From NCBI GenBank assembly GCA_963706955.1, contig CAVPOC010000004.1:64001-128000 (forward strand): DNA of 64,000 bases, read 5' to 3'. The stretch is from an uncultured Verrucomicrobiae bacterium. GTDB taxonomy: Bacteria > Verrucomicrobiota > Verrucomicrobiia > Chthoniobacterales > Terrimicrobiaceae. Both the position numbers and the translations under genes were made by a program. The notes under the pieces are model-generated. The model was not told the origin of the DNA. It worked only from the letters and a program-made list of their open reading frames with translations, and ran no database searches. Positions 10,798 to 20,561 of the stretch are shown in pieces (positions within the stretch are counted from its first letter, which is position 1; every line of letters starts with the position of its first letter).

Positions 10798-10888
10798 CGA
10801 TCCGACTTTAGATTGTGAGCAGCCGGTTGCAACTTTTCGCTGGCGCCAGCTTGCCGGTCGTGAAGGAATCTTTTAGCTATCAACCTGC

Positions 10889-11656
10889 ATGTCCTCGATA
10901 ACTTTTCTCGGAACCGGCCCCGGCAACGTCGTTGCCGGACGCTTTCAGTCGAGCATTCTCCTGGAAGTTGGAGGCAAGCGTGTCCTCTTGGATGCGGGCG
11001 AACCGTGCAGCACTCAGCTCTTGGATCTTGGCTTTCGACTTCCGGACCTGGACGCGATCTGGATCACTCACGCTCATGCCGATCACCTTGGGGGCCTGCC
11101 GCTCCTCATCCAGGCAAGTTGGCTGCATGGTCGCCGCCAACCGCTCCCTTTGGGTGTTCCGCAGCACCTGGCGGTGCCGTTACGTTCCTGGCTCGATGCA
11201 ATCTTATTGTCGTCGGACGTAACACGTTATCCCTTGGAAATCTTCTCATGGCAGAGCGGCCAGGCGCTCGTGATGGATACGCTCGAGGTGAGACCATTTC
11301 CGACCACCCATCTCGACGGCTTGAGAAAGCTGACCGGCAATGACCAGGTCGAATCGTTTCTCTTTGAGATCACCGCGGCCGAAAGGCGGTTTGTCTATTC
11401 AGGGGACCTCGGAGCACCGAGCGATTTGAACGAGATTCTCAAAGAACCTCTCGACCTTTTGATCTGCGAGCTCTCCCATTTCACACCTGAGGAACTGGCG
11501 TCTGCACTTCAAGGTGCACGCGTCGGCACGTTGTGTCTCACGCATGTGGCGACCGAGTTCGACGAGCGTCGCGGAGAAATTCAGATGCTCATTGAAAGAG
11601 AGCCTGGCATCGACAGCGTCTATCTCCCAGATGATGGGGAGAGAATCGACTTCTAA
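10889..11656 (+). CDS. MBL-fold metallo-hydrolase (RNase Z-like)
   Basis: ITFLGTG, LLDAGE, THAHADHLGG, YSGD, LTH. Confidence 0.85.
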   Translation: MSSITFLGTGPGNVVAGRFQSSILLEVGGKRVLLDAGEPCSTQLLDLGFRLPDLDAIWITHAHADHLGGLPLLIQASWLHGRRQPLPLGVPQHLAVPLRSWLDAILLSSDVTRYPLEIFSWQSGQALVMDTLEVRPFPTTHLDGLRKLTGNDQVESFLFEITAAERRFVYSGDLGAPSDLNEILKEPLDLLICELSHFTPEELASALQGARVGTLCLTHVATEFDERRGEIQMLIEREPGIDSVYLPDDGERIDF

Positions 11657-11657
11657 A

Positions 11658-12071
11658 CTAATCCGCAGCTTGCCCGGGCTGTTGAACGGGGACTACCGGC
11701 AGCGGGTATCGTAGTCTAAGGTCATCATCTAGCCGAATCTCGACGTGGTAAACCCCATATTGCTGAAACTGCACGCCGCCTAGCACGTGGACGTTCGTAA
11801 CGTAAGAATCTAAAGCGGGGAGGGTGAACTTTAGCTCGCTTTGAGCTATGGTTTGCTCATCGTCGCAGCCAAGAATAAGCGATTTCTCGACGAACTCTCC
11901 GGTGCCTCCGCACCATCGCGTCCAGAGGCAAAGCTTAAAGAATCCAACGGGGAGGGCGTGGGCCGGAATCATTCCGAACACCCCAACCAGCGTTTGCTGT
12001 CCGCTAATTTCTGTCCGCACATCCTCGCAAGCAACCGTCGCTTGCAAATCTGGAGGGATCACCTCGGCCAT
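11658..12071 (-). CDS. Conserved hypothetical protein (DUF6941-like beta-sandwich)
   Basis: CEDVRTEISGQQTLVGVF...GVYHVEI pattern; fills the space directly after uppP. Confidence 0.6.
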   Translation of the reverse strand: MAEVIPPDLQATVACEDVRTEISGQQTLVGVFGMIPAHALPVGFFKLCLWTRWCGGTGEFVEKSLILGCDDEQTIAQSELKFTLPALDSYVTNVHVLGGVQFQQYGVYHVEIRLDDDLRLRYPLPVVPVQQPGQAAD

Positions 12072-12074
12072 GTC

Positions 12075-12923
12075 TCAATGAGTGAGCCAACCGCCAAAAA
12101 TTAGAAGAGTCACCACGATGGCGAGTGCGATTCGATAATAGCCAAAGATCTGCATGCCGTGCCTCTTTAGATAGGCGACCATCCATTTCACCGCGAGAAC
12201 CGCCGAAATCCAGGCGCCGAGAAAGCCGAAGAAGAGCGCCAGCAGGCCGAAGGACTGCACCATCTCTTCTCCGTACTTCAAGCCATCGTAGACGGTCGCA
12301 GCGGTCAAGGTCAGCAGTCCCAGCAAAAAGCTAAATTCCACCGCGGCCGGCAAGCTTAGTCCAACGATGAGCCCTCCGACTATGGTGACCAGGCTGCGGC
12401 TCACCCCCGGCCACATGGCAATACATTGGATGAGGCCGACCACAATCGCCATCCTCCAAGTAAGCGATTCCAGACTAAGTCCCGATTGGTGAGTGTTCGT
12501 TTGGCGCGAAGCTTGCCACCAACTCACCGCCAGGATGGCCACGCCGCCAAAAAACCACGCAGCGACAATCGGCCACAGCCCCCATGCTTCGCCGCCAAAA
12601 AGGTATTTCTTGATCGGCTTTTCGAGAAGGAGACCGATTATCGCCGCGGGAAGAAAAGCAGCAATCACATTGATCGCCATTCGCAAGCCCTGGGCGTCAC
12701 GCCCGACCAGTCCAAAGAACATTTGTCGGACACGCGAGAAGTAAAGCCCGAGAACCGCGACGATGGCGCCGACCTGGATGCAGATGGCAAAGGCGTCCGC
12801 CGATTGGCTTTGCGGGATGCCCAGCGCTCGTTGTGTAAGAAGAAGATGTCCCGTGGAGCTGACTGGGAGATACTCGGTGAGTCCCTCAACGATACCGAGG
12901 ATGAGGGCCTTCCACCAATCCAT
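12075..12923 (-). CDS. uppP: Undecaprenyl-diphosphate phosphatase
   Basis: LGIVEGLTEYLPVSSTGHL, PGVSRS, AVEFSFLL, FGYYRI. Confidence 0.95.
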   Translation of the reverse strand: MDWWKALILGIVEGLTEYLPVSSTGHLLLTQRALGIPQSQSADAFAICIQVGAIVAVLGLYFSRVRQMFFGLVGRDAQGLRMAINVIAAFLPAAIIGLLLEKPIKKYLFGGEAWGLWPIVAAWFFGGVAILAVSWWQASRQTNTHQSGLSLESLTWRMAIVVGLIQCIAMWPGVSRSLVTIVGGLIVGLSLPAAVEFSFLLGLLTLTAATVYDGLKYGEEMVQSFGLLALFFGFLGAWISAVLAVKWMVAYLKRHGMQIFGYYRIALAIVVTLLIFGGWLTH

Positions 12924-12977
12924 AAAGATTTCGATGCGAGTGGCTGTCCGGGCCGAACGCTTCAGCTTCGCACAGCG

Positions 12978-13328
<351 letters not shown>

Positions 13329-13395
13329 TTAAGCAGCTTAACGAACCTTGGCAAGCGGAGATGCGGGGGAAAATCGCCGCCGGGGGTTCTCTTAA

Positions 13396-13920
13396 ATGAA
13401 GCCGCGTCAATGGCGGCGCAGTTCGGTCGGTCGCTATTTACGGCATTTGCCGCGAATCAAGCATATGCGAGGCACGTGGCTGCATCGCAAGTTGGGCGAT
13501 CGTCTCTTTGCCCGTGAAATGTGGCAACCGGAGCGTGGGCGCTTTGCTTTTGGGTGCGCCCTTGGCGTCTTTTTTGCGATGATGCCGATCCCCTTTCAGA
13601 TGGTGGCCGCAGCGCTGGTTGCTTTTCTCTTGCGCGTCAACATTCCTGCGGCTGTGGCTTGCACCTGGGTGAGCAATCCGCTGACCACGCCGCTCATTCT
13701 ATTTAGCGAGTACTATCTGGGTTCATTCGTTTTGGGAGGGGAGGCAAGCGATCAGCCAAAGGAGGACATGCTGGCGCTGCTCGCGCACGCGCCATGGCCG
13801 CTCTTGGTGGGGGCGCTCATCTCAGGGACGATTCTCTCGATCGGGGCGTATCCGCTCGCACTGGCGGGCTGGGATTGGTTGAGTGCGCACATCCTAAAAT
13901 CTCGAAAAGAGAGGTCGTGA
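13396..13920 (+). CDS. DUF2062-domain membrane protein
   Basis: ALGVFFAMMPIPFQM...RVNIPAAVACTWVSNPLT motif. Confidence 0.85.
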   Translation: MKPRQWRRSSVGRYLRHLPRIKHMRGTWLHRKLGDRLFAREMWQPERGRFAFGCALGVFFAMMPIPFQMVAAALVAFLLRVNIPAAVACTWVSNPLTTPLILFSEYYLGSFVLGGEASDQPKEDMLALLAHAPWPLLVGALISGTILSIGAYPLALAGWDWLSAHILKSRKERS

Positions 13921-13965
13921 AAAAAATTCCCGAGAGTTCGAAAATGCTTTTAAGTTCACGCACAG

Positions 13966-14038
13966 GGGGGCATAGCTCAACGGTCAGAGCAGGCGGCTCA
14001 TAACTGCTTGGTTCACGGTTCGAATCCGTGTGCCCCCA
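13966..14038 (+). tRNA. tRNA with CAT anticodon, probably tRNA-Ile2 (lysidine type); CCA not encoded
   Basis: Acceptor GGGGGCA/TGCCCCC plus discriminator A; D-arm GCTC..GAGC; anticodon arm GGCGG-CTCATAA-CTGCT; T-arm CACGG-TTCGAAT-CCGTG. Lacks initiator features. Confidence 0.92.
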
Positions 14039-14107
14039 CACTTTTTCTCTTCGAAAGGCGTTTGCGGCTCTTCTTTTTCTTGCCAGGAGTCGTCACGAAC
14101 TCGTGAG

Positions 14108-15148
14108 ATGCTCCCGATGGCGTCGCCGCTTCGGATACTTGGCAAAGCTAGTTTTCTTCTCTTCGTCTTGGCGTTGCTGGTGGTCGGCTTTGTCTTGGCA
14201 TGGTTTGCCTCGTGGCGCTCGGACGAACTTGCCTCGCTCGATTCCATGAGTGAACTCGCTGAGACGAGGAAGGGCAGGGTAGAATATGTTGATCGGGGAG
14301 AAGGTCCCACGCTGCTGGTGTTTCACGACGCGCCGGGCGGTTACGATCAGGCAATGCTGCTCGGTTCGCTCTTTGCCGAGGAGGAATTTCATCTGGTGGC
14401 GCCTTCGCGTCCTGGCTATCTCCGCACCCCATTAACAACCGGTCAATCGTTCGCTGAGCAAGCCGACGCCATGGCCGCACTCCTAGAGACGATGGGGATT
14501 TCCCGGGTGGCGGTGCTGGCGAGTTCGGTTGGGGCACCGGCAGCGATGCACTTCGCGGCACGTTATGCGGATAAAGTATGGGCTCTCGTGTTGCTATCGC
14601 CAGCGACAACAATCTCCGCCGCCGATGAAAAGACGATACGCATCGACTTGGGACAGTTGGTTAACGACCGCCTGGAAGGCGATTTCGGCGCCTGGCTGGC
14701 CATGGAGACTTTGCAAAAGGATCCGCGGAAGCTGCTCGTCGGGATTGTCCGAGCTGAGAATGACGCGGCCCAGGGTGAACGTGGGGGGTTGGTGGAGTAC
14801 ATACTCGATCAACCCGACCAACGGGAGTGGTTTGAAAGTCTGATCGAAACCTTCGTACCGCCGAGCGCGAGGGAGGCTGGCGTTCGCAACGATCTTCAGC
14901 AACTCCACACGTTAGGCGAGCTTCCTCTTGAGCGAATCGTCGCTCCGACACTTATTGTGCACGGCACCGCTGATAAGCTGATCCCTATCTCAGAATCCGA
15001 AGCCATGGCCGCTCGCATACCCGGAGCGATAATTTATCGCGTCGATGGAGCTGGTCACCTGGTTGAGCTTGGGCCCAAAGCTGCGGAGGTGCAAAGTAAG
15101 ATCCTCGAATTTCTTCGCGAGCATTCTGCCGGGCAAATCCCGCGCTGA
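14108..15148 (+). CDS. Membrane-anchored alpha/beta hydrolase
   Basis: N-terminal TM; GEGPTLLVFH, SRPGY, ASSVG elbow, PTLIVHGTAD, AGH. Confidence 0.85.
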   Translation: MLPMASPLRILGKASFLLFVLALLVVGFVLAWFASWRSDELASLDSMSELAETRKGRVEYVDRGEGPTLLVFHDAPGGYDQAMLLGSLFAEEEFHLVAPSRPGYLRTPLTTGQSFAEQADAMAALLETMGISRVAVLASSVGAPAAMHFAARYADKVWALVLLSPATTISAADEKTIRIDLGQLVNDRLEGDFGAWLAMETLQKDPRKLLVGIVRAENDAAQGERGGLVEYILDQPDQREWFESLIETFVPPSAREAGVRNDLQQLHTLGELPLERIVAPTLIVHGTADKLIPISESEAMAARIPGAIIYRVDGAGHLVELGPKAAEVQSKILEFLREHSAGQIPR

Positions 15149-15239
15149 GGATGAAAGAGGTGACTAGTTGGCGGCGCCAACAGAGACGGCTCCGGCGGGA
15201 CGATCTTGATACGCGGGAAGTTCCACTTCCCGGCGAAAT

Positions 15240-16136
15240 ATGAAATGGATTTCACCTGCGGTGGCGCAGGATTTCGCTCGTGCGGGCACTGATGCCTATC
15301 GCGTCGCGGATGGGCAAGGATGTCGGATCGAGCGCTTTGGCGACGGAGCGATCGCCTCTCACTGCAGTATGACAGCGCCCCTCGAGATTGTAGATGAACT
15401 CGCACGTTGGTGCGACCGGGCAGAAGTTTCGCTGCGGAGAACGTATGCGCGCCGCCTGGTCACAGCTCCCGGGAGGCAGGACCGGCCTGAGGCGTTGGGA
15501 AACGCGGCACCCCCTCATAACGGCATCGCGCACGAAGAGGGCTTATCCTATGAAATCGATTTTATGGCCGGTTATTCATGCGGATTGTTTATCGATCAAC
15601 GCGCGAATCGTCGGCGAGTTCGGACCGGCTGTTCGGGAAGGTTGCTAAACCTCTTCTGCTATACCTGTTCGTTTTCGGTAGCCGCAGCCGCGGCCGGAGC
15701 GCAAACGGTCAATATCGATCTGGCCAGATCCGCGCTGGACCGCGGATGCCGCAACTTCGCTCTCAATCAGCTTTCCACCAAAGGTCACCGCTTCATTGCG
15801 GATGATGTGCTCGAAGTTCTCCCCAGGTTTGCGCGCCGCGGCGAGAAATTTGAATGGATTGTCCTGGATCCGCCCACTTTCTCAAGAGGACACAAAGGCA
15901 GAATCTTGCGACTGGAAAGCGACTATGGACGGCTTATCGAGATGGCGTGCGCGTGTGCCTCTCCGGGCGCGATGATCTTGCTTTCAGCTAATTGCTCGAC
16001 CTTCGACACGGGCAAGCTCAAGGCGCTCGGACGCGCTCATGTTGGATCTAACCTGAGCTTTCTCGAGCCTGAGCCGCTGCCGGACATCCCGACCACGCGG
16101 GGGGCCTCGACGGTTTGGATGCAGATCCCTGGCTAA
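15240..16136 (+). CDS. Class I SAM-dependent methyltransferase (RlmI/RlmK-like)
   Basis: GLFIDQRANR, LLNLFCYTCSFS, IVLDPPTFS. Confidence 0.88.
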   Translation: MKWISPAVAQDFARAGTDAYRVADGQGCRIERFGDGAIASHCSMTAPLEIVDELARWCDRAEVSLRRTYARRLVTAPGRQDRPEALGNAAPPHNGIAHEEGLSYEIDFMAGYSCGLFIDQRANRRRVRTGCSGRLLNLFCYTCSFSVAAAAAGAQTVNIDLARSALDRGCRNFALNQLSTKGHRFIADDVLEVLPRFARRGEKFEWIVLDPPTFSRGHKGRILRLESDYGRLIEMACACASPGAMILLSANCSTFDTGKLKALGRAHVGSNLSFLEPEPLPDIPTTRGASTVWMQIPG

Positions 16137-16963
16137 GCACCGACTTGACCGTTTCGACTCTCTGGCTCGGATTGCACTGGATTGGTAAGAACTCCGATCT
16201 TTTCGATTTCCACAGAGACGATGTCACCCGGTCCAAGCCACCGCGGAGGAACCGCGGCCATTCCAACCCCGTGGGGCGTTCCGGTCAGTATCACTGCGCC
16301 CGCAAGCAACGTGGTGCTGCCGCTCAGAAATTCGATCAAGGCGGGAACATCAAAGATCATGTCGCCGGTATGGCAATCCTGAACCGTCTCTCCATTGAGA
16401 ATCGTCCGAATCGCGAGCCCACTCGGATCGGGGATCTCGTCGGTAGTTACGAGACAAGGTCCGAGAGGGCAGAAGGAATCAAAAGATTTACCGCGACTCC
16501 ATTGGCCGCCACCTTTCTGTTTCTGCCAATCACGGGCGCTAACATCGTTGGCACAGGTATAGCCCAGGACAAAACGGAAGGCGTCTCGCCGGGACACGTT
16601 CTTACACGCTTTTTTGATCACGACGGCGAGTTCGCATTCGTAGTCGACCTCTCTGCTCGGCAGATGCGTAGGAATGAGAATCGGATCGCCAGGATTCTGC
16701 AAGGCGTTCAAGCCCTTTCCGAATAGCACAGGATACTCAGGGATCTTTGCTTTCGTCTCCTCCGCGTGCCGGCGGTAGTTCAGTCCAATGCCAAGGATCT
16801 GTGATGGCGCGATTGGAGCAAGTATTTTTCTGACTTCGGCGGGCCGATCGAGAGACCTTAATCCCGACAGAATATCGCCTTCGAATTCGATGAGTTGTCC
16901 ACCCGGGTGTTCGAAAGCGTACTTCACATGATCACCAGGATCCAGATAGCGAATTATTCTCAT
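16133..16963 (-). CDS. Fumarylacetoacetate hydrolase family protein
   Basis: IGLNYRRH, DYECELAVVI, NDVSARDWQ, GKSFDSFCPLGP, ILTGTPHGVG. Confidence 0.93.
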   Translation of the reverse strand: MRIIRYLDPGDHVKYAFEHPGGQLIEFEGDILSGLRSLDRPAEVRKILAPIAPSQILGIGLNYRRHAEETKAKIPEYPVLFGKGLNALQNPGDPILIPTHLPSREVDYECELAVVIKKACKNVSRRDAFRFVLGYTCANDVSARDWQKQKGGGQWSRGKSFDSFCPLGPCLVTTDEIPDPSGLAIRTILNGETVQDCHTGDMIFDVPALIEFLSGSTTLLAGAVILTGTPHGVGMAAVPPRWLGPGDIVSVEIEKIGVLTNPVQSEPESRNGQVGA

Positions 16964-17146
16964 AACGTTGCCTCAGCATGATGCGTTTTTCCGGAGCAAG
17001 CGCGCACATTCTCCACCTCGTGATGATCTGGAGTTACCGACCGGGTTCGGCGCGAGGGATAAGCTGGCGCGCGCCGAGACTTGCCTTCGGCGCAGGGTGG
17101 ACGAGATGAGGGGCGTCGGTGTAAGTTGAGATGCCCTCACGAGCCA

Positions 17147-18115
17147 ATGCGTGACTATTTCGTTTACCTGCCGCAACAACCGCCAGGCAATATTTGGGAC
17201 TGCACTGCGACCTCAGTCGGGTTTGCGCGAGTAGTTCCTCACGCGAAGTATCCTCCCGCAAGGCACCCCGCCGATCACCATTTTGAATGGTCTCACGGTC
17301 GAATTCTCCAGTGCTACCAGATCATCTTTATCGCCGAAGGCTCCGGAGTTTTCGAAAGTGAGCACACGCGTGAACCGCAGCCGGTCGAGTCGGGCACGGT
17401 GCTTCTTCTTTTTCCCGGGGTTTGGCACCGCTATGCTCCCGATATCGCTACCGGGTGGGCCGAGCATTGGATTGAGTGTCAAGGACCCATATTTGACGAA
17501 GCCGTTCGGACGGGAATTGTTCAGCCAAGTCAGCCGATCCTTCATACTGGGCTAGAGCCTGATTTGCTGAGGTGCTTTGAGCGTTGCCACGCACTTGCCT
17601 CTCGCGGTGCGCTCGCAAATCAGCACCTCCTTTCTACGATGGGGGTTCATCTGCTCTCGGTGATTGGGTTTCTTCAAAGCGGCCCGCGCTTCGATCGCCG
17701 CATCGATGAGTTGATCGAGCGTGCGCATGCGTTGATCGCTCTTCGTTGTCAGGAGCGCCTCAGTCTCCCGGCGATCGCTGCGGAACTCGGCGTCAGTTAC
17801 TCGCACTTGCGCCAAACTTTTACGAAGCGCATTGGTCTCAGCCCAAAGCAATATTACTGCCAAGTCCGGCTGCAAAAGGCTCAGGAACTCCTAGCAAACA
17901 CGACGCGTTCGGTGCAGGAGATCGCGGACATTCTTGGGTTTCATTCTGCTTTTCAGCTTTCCAAGCACTTTAAGCAGCATGTGGGCGAGGCGCCGCAACA
18001 TTGGCGCTTGAAGCTGAAACGACGAACGCCGCCCCGGGTCAGATCCCAGCCAGTCGAGCGAAGTCGGCGATCCAAAAAGCTGCGAAGAAAATCGTCGCCG
18101 GCGCGGACTGGCTGA
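17147..18115 (+). CDS. AraC-family transcriptional regulator, divergent from the FAH gene
   Basis: Cupin LFPGVWHRY plus tandem HTH (IAAELGVSYSHLRQTF; IADILGFHSAFQLSKHFK). Confidence 0.92.
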   Translation: MRDYFVYLPQQPPGNIWDCTATSVGFARVVPHAKYPPARHPADHHFEWSHGRILQCYQIIFIAEGSGVFESEHTREPQPVESGTVLLLFPGVWHRYAPDIATGWAEHWIECQGPIFDEAVRTGIVQPSQPILHTGLEPDLLRCFERCHALASRGALANQHLLSTMGVHLLSVIGFLQSGPRFDRRIDELIERAHALIALRCQERLSLPAIAAELGVSYSHLRQTFTKRIGLSPKQYYCQVRLQKAQELLANTTRSVQEIADILGFHSAFQLSKHFKQHVGEAPQHWRLKLKRRTPPRVRSQPVERSRRSKKLRRKSSPARTG

Positions 18116-18138
18116 CAGCTTCACTGATCATCGAGCTC

Positions 18139-19575
18139 TCAAAGGTACGGCGTGAAGAGCCGGGCGATTCCATCGCGCAACTTGATCGCGAGAGGTCGTC
18201 CGTCCACGTCGTCAAGAGAGAGTGCACGGGCCTCCCGCATGCTTTCTCTGGCTGTGTGCAAGAGCCGTTGGCAGAATTCCCGACTATAGCACTCGACATT
18301 GAACTCGAAGTTAAGTCGCAAACTACGCGCATCCCAATTTGCCGATCCAAAGAGCGCCCAGGCCTCATCAACAATCATGAGCTTGGAGTGATCAAACTCG
18401 CCGGGACTTAGCCAGACACGGCAGCCACGCTCGAGCACTTGCCAGAGCTGTCCGAACGTCGCCCAATGCACATAGGGCAGATTGGAACGCCAAGGCAGGA
18501 GGATGTCGACTTCGACGCCGCGCATTGCCGCCGCATTGAGCGCTGAAACAATTCCTGTGTCCGGCAGAAAATAGGGCGTGATGATACACACAGATCGCCG
18601 GGCGGCGTTTAGAGCGCCAATAAAGACCCAGCGCAGTCTTTCGAAGCTCTCATCTGGTCCCGCCTCGATGCCGCGCGCAAACATCTCTCCAGCAGAGGCA
18701 GCCACTGGGAACCATCGCTCGCCACGCAGCGGCTCGCCGGTAGTGAATTGCCAATCATTTGCAAAGGTCTCGGTCAGATGGCCGAGGACCGGTCCGGTCA
18801 GTTGAAAATGTATATCCCGAAAAGGTCGGGTCTCCGCTTCGAGACTCCAATATTCGCGCTTGATGTTGAAACCGCCGGTGAAGCCCAGCAGGCCATCCAC
18901 GATGAGAATTTTCCGGTGGTTACGCAGGTTAATGGCGGGTAGCCATCGTGGGATCAGGCGGGGGTTGAACAGCGCCACGCTCACTCCCTGCTCTCGTAAG
19001 CGTCGGGCGACTGGAGGCCACGAATAGTTCGCCCCAACGGCATCGATCAAAACGCGGACCTCGATGCCACGAGCGTGAGCCCCGCCAAGAGCATCCACGA
19101 ACTGCTTCCCGCCACCCGCGCCATCGAAAATGTAGGTGGAAAGGCCGATCGAGGTTCTTGCGGCTTCAATCGCCTCAAGCATGGCCGGATAAGCCTCGAT
19201 GCCGTTGGCTAGTGGCACGATGTGGTTGCCTCCAAGCAGGGGCCGCGCGGTCACTCGCTCGACAAGTCGGGAGAACAAGCGGAATGATTCCTCTTCTGGA
19301 CCGAAGACGATTTCCGGTGGACGGGGTTCCACGGAGCTCGTGTCAGTGCTTGCGCGATGATGGGCCTTCTCGCCTCGCAACGCGACCGCGTGCCGTCGCA
19401 CGCGATTAACACCCAAGAGAAGATACAGAATCGAGCCGGCTGCAGGGATGAGCCAGATCACGAGAACCCAAATGGCTGCAGCGCGCGGCTCGCGCTTGTA
19501 GATTACTGCGTGTCCGGACGCGATTAGTGCCGTGACAAAGATAACGGCGCTGATTGTGAGTTGAAGGATTGCCAT
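18139..19575 (-). CDS. cls: Cardiolipin synthase (PLD family)
   Basis: N-terminal PLDc_N TMs; two HKD motifs (HRKILIVD, HSKLMIVD), GSANWD. Confidence 0.9.
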   Translation of the reverse strand: MAILQLTISAVIFVTALIASGHAVIYKREPRAAAIWVLVIWLIPAAGSILYLLLGVNRVRRHAVALRGEKAHHRASTDTSSVEPRPPEIVFGPEEESFRLFSRLVERVTARPLLGGNHIVPLANGIEAYPAMLEAIEAARTSIGLSTYIFDGAGGGKQFVDALGGAHARGIEVRVLIDAVGANYSWPPVARRLREQGVSVALFNPRLIPRWLPAINLRNHRKILIVDGLLGFTGGFNIKREYWSLEAETRPFRDIHFQLTGPVLGHLTETFANDWQFTTGEPLRGERWFPVAASAGEMFARGIEAGPDESFERLRWVFIGALNAARRSVCIITPYFLPDTGIVSALNAAAMRGVEVDILLPWRSNLPYVHWATFGQLWQVLERGCRVWLSPGEFDHSKLMIVDEAWALFGSANWDARSLRLNFEFNVECYSREFCQRLLHTARESMREARALSLDDVDGRPLAIKLRDGIARLFTPYL

Positions 19576-19717
19576 CCCGTGAATTCCGAGGTGGGCCTTA
19601 CGTCACAGCGAAGGACATTGCAACAGACCAGAGTCCTTTAGATCGGAAACTCGGTGACCTCGCTTCGATAAGGGCGTGGCGGGTTCCGAGGCAATCAAAG
19701 CGTTCGCGACTTCCGAA

Positions 19718-20551
19718 TCAGATCATCTCAAGAGGGCGGCGTTTAGACGGCGGAGGGAACAAGCGATCTAGCTCCAGGAGTTGGTCTGGTGTCAGTTCGT
19801 GATTGAGTGCACGGAGGTTTTCCTGAAGTCGTGAGCGATTGCTGGTCTTTGGGATTACGGCGATGTCATTGCTGGCAAACAACCAAGCCAGTGCGGCTTG
19901 AGCGGGGGTCATGTCCCACTTGCGTGCAAAAGCGGCAAGTGTCTTGTCACGCGTGAGCCGTCCCTGCTCTATCGGTGAATAGGCCATGATGGGCACACGC
20001 CGCTCGCGAAACCATGGAAGAAGATCCCATTCAATTCCGCGCCGCCGCAGGTTGTAGAGAACCTGATTGGCGGTGGTTGAGGAACCTCCCGGAACTCGCC
20101 ACAATTCTTCCATGTCATCGACGTCAAAATTGCTGACACCATAATGCCGGATCTTGCCCTTGCTTTGCAGGCTGATGAAGGCCTCCATGGTTTCACCGAG
20201 CGGCACACTTCCGCGCCAATGCAGCAGATATAAGTCGATCCGGTCGGTTCGCAATCGGCGCAAGCTCCGTTCGCATGCAGCGATGGTCCCGCTGCGAGAG
20301 GCATTGTGCGGATAAACTTTGCTGACGATGAACGCCTGATCGCGGCTCCGACTGAGGGCTTCGCCGACAAGCTCCTCAGTGCGGCCGTCGCCATACATCT
20401 CTGCGGTGTCGATCAGATTCACACCAAGCTCAAGCCCCAATCGCAACGTTTCGATCTCTTCAGCGCGCATCGTCATGTTTTCGCCCATCCGCCAGGTTCC
20501 CATGCCCAAAGCAGGCAGCTTCTCGCCAGATGGCAGAGCGACGGTTCTCAT
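19718..20551 (-). CDS. Aldo/keto reductase
   Basis: LGMGTW, IDTAEMYGDG, DLYLLHW, GVSNF, AYSP. Confidence 0.93.
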   Translation of the reverse strand: MRTVALPSGEKLPALGMGTWRMGENMTMRAEEIETLRLGLELGVNLIDTAEMYGDGRTEELVGEALSRSRDQAFIVSKVYPHNASRSGTIAACERSLRRLRTDRIDLYLLHWRGSVPLGETMEAFISLQSKGKIRHYGVSNFDVDDMEELWRVPGGSSTTANQVLYNLRRRGIEWDLLPWFRERRVPIMAYSPIEQGRLTRDKTLAAFARKWDMTPAQAALAWLFASNDIAVIPKTSNRSRLQENLRALNHELTPDQLLELDRLFPPPSKRRPLEMI

Positions 20552-20561
20552 GACTCACTAT

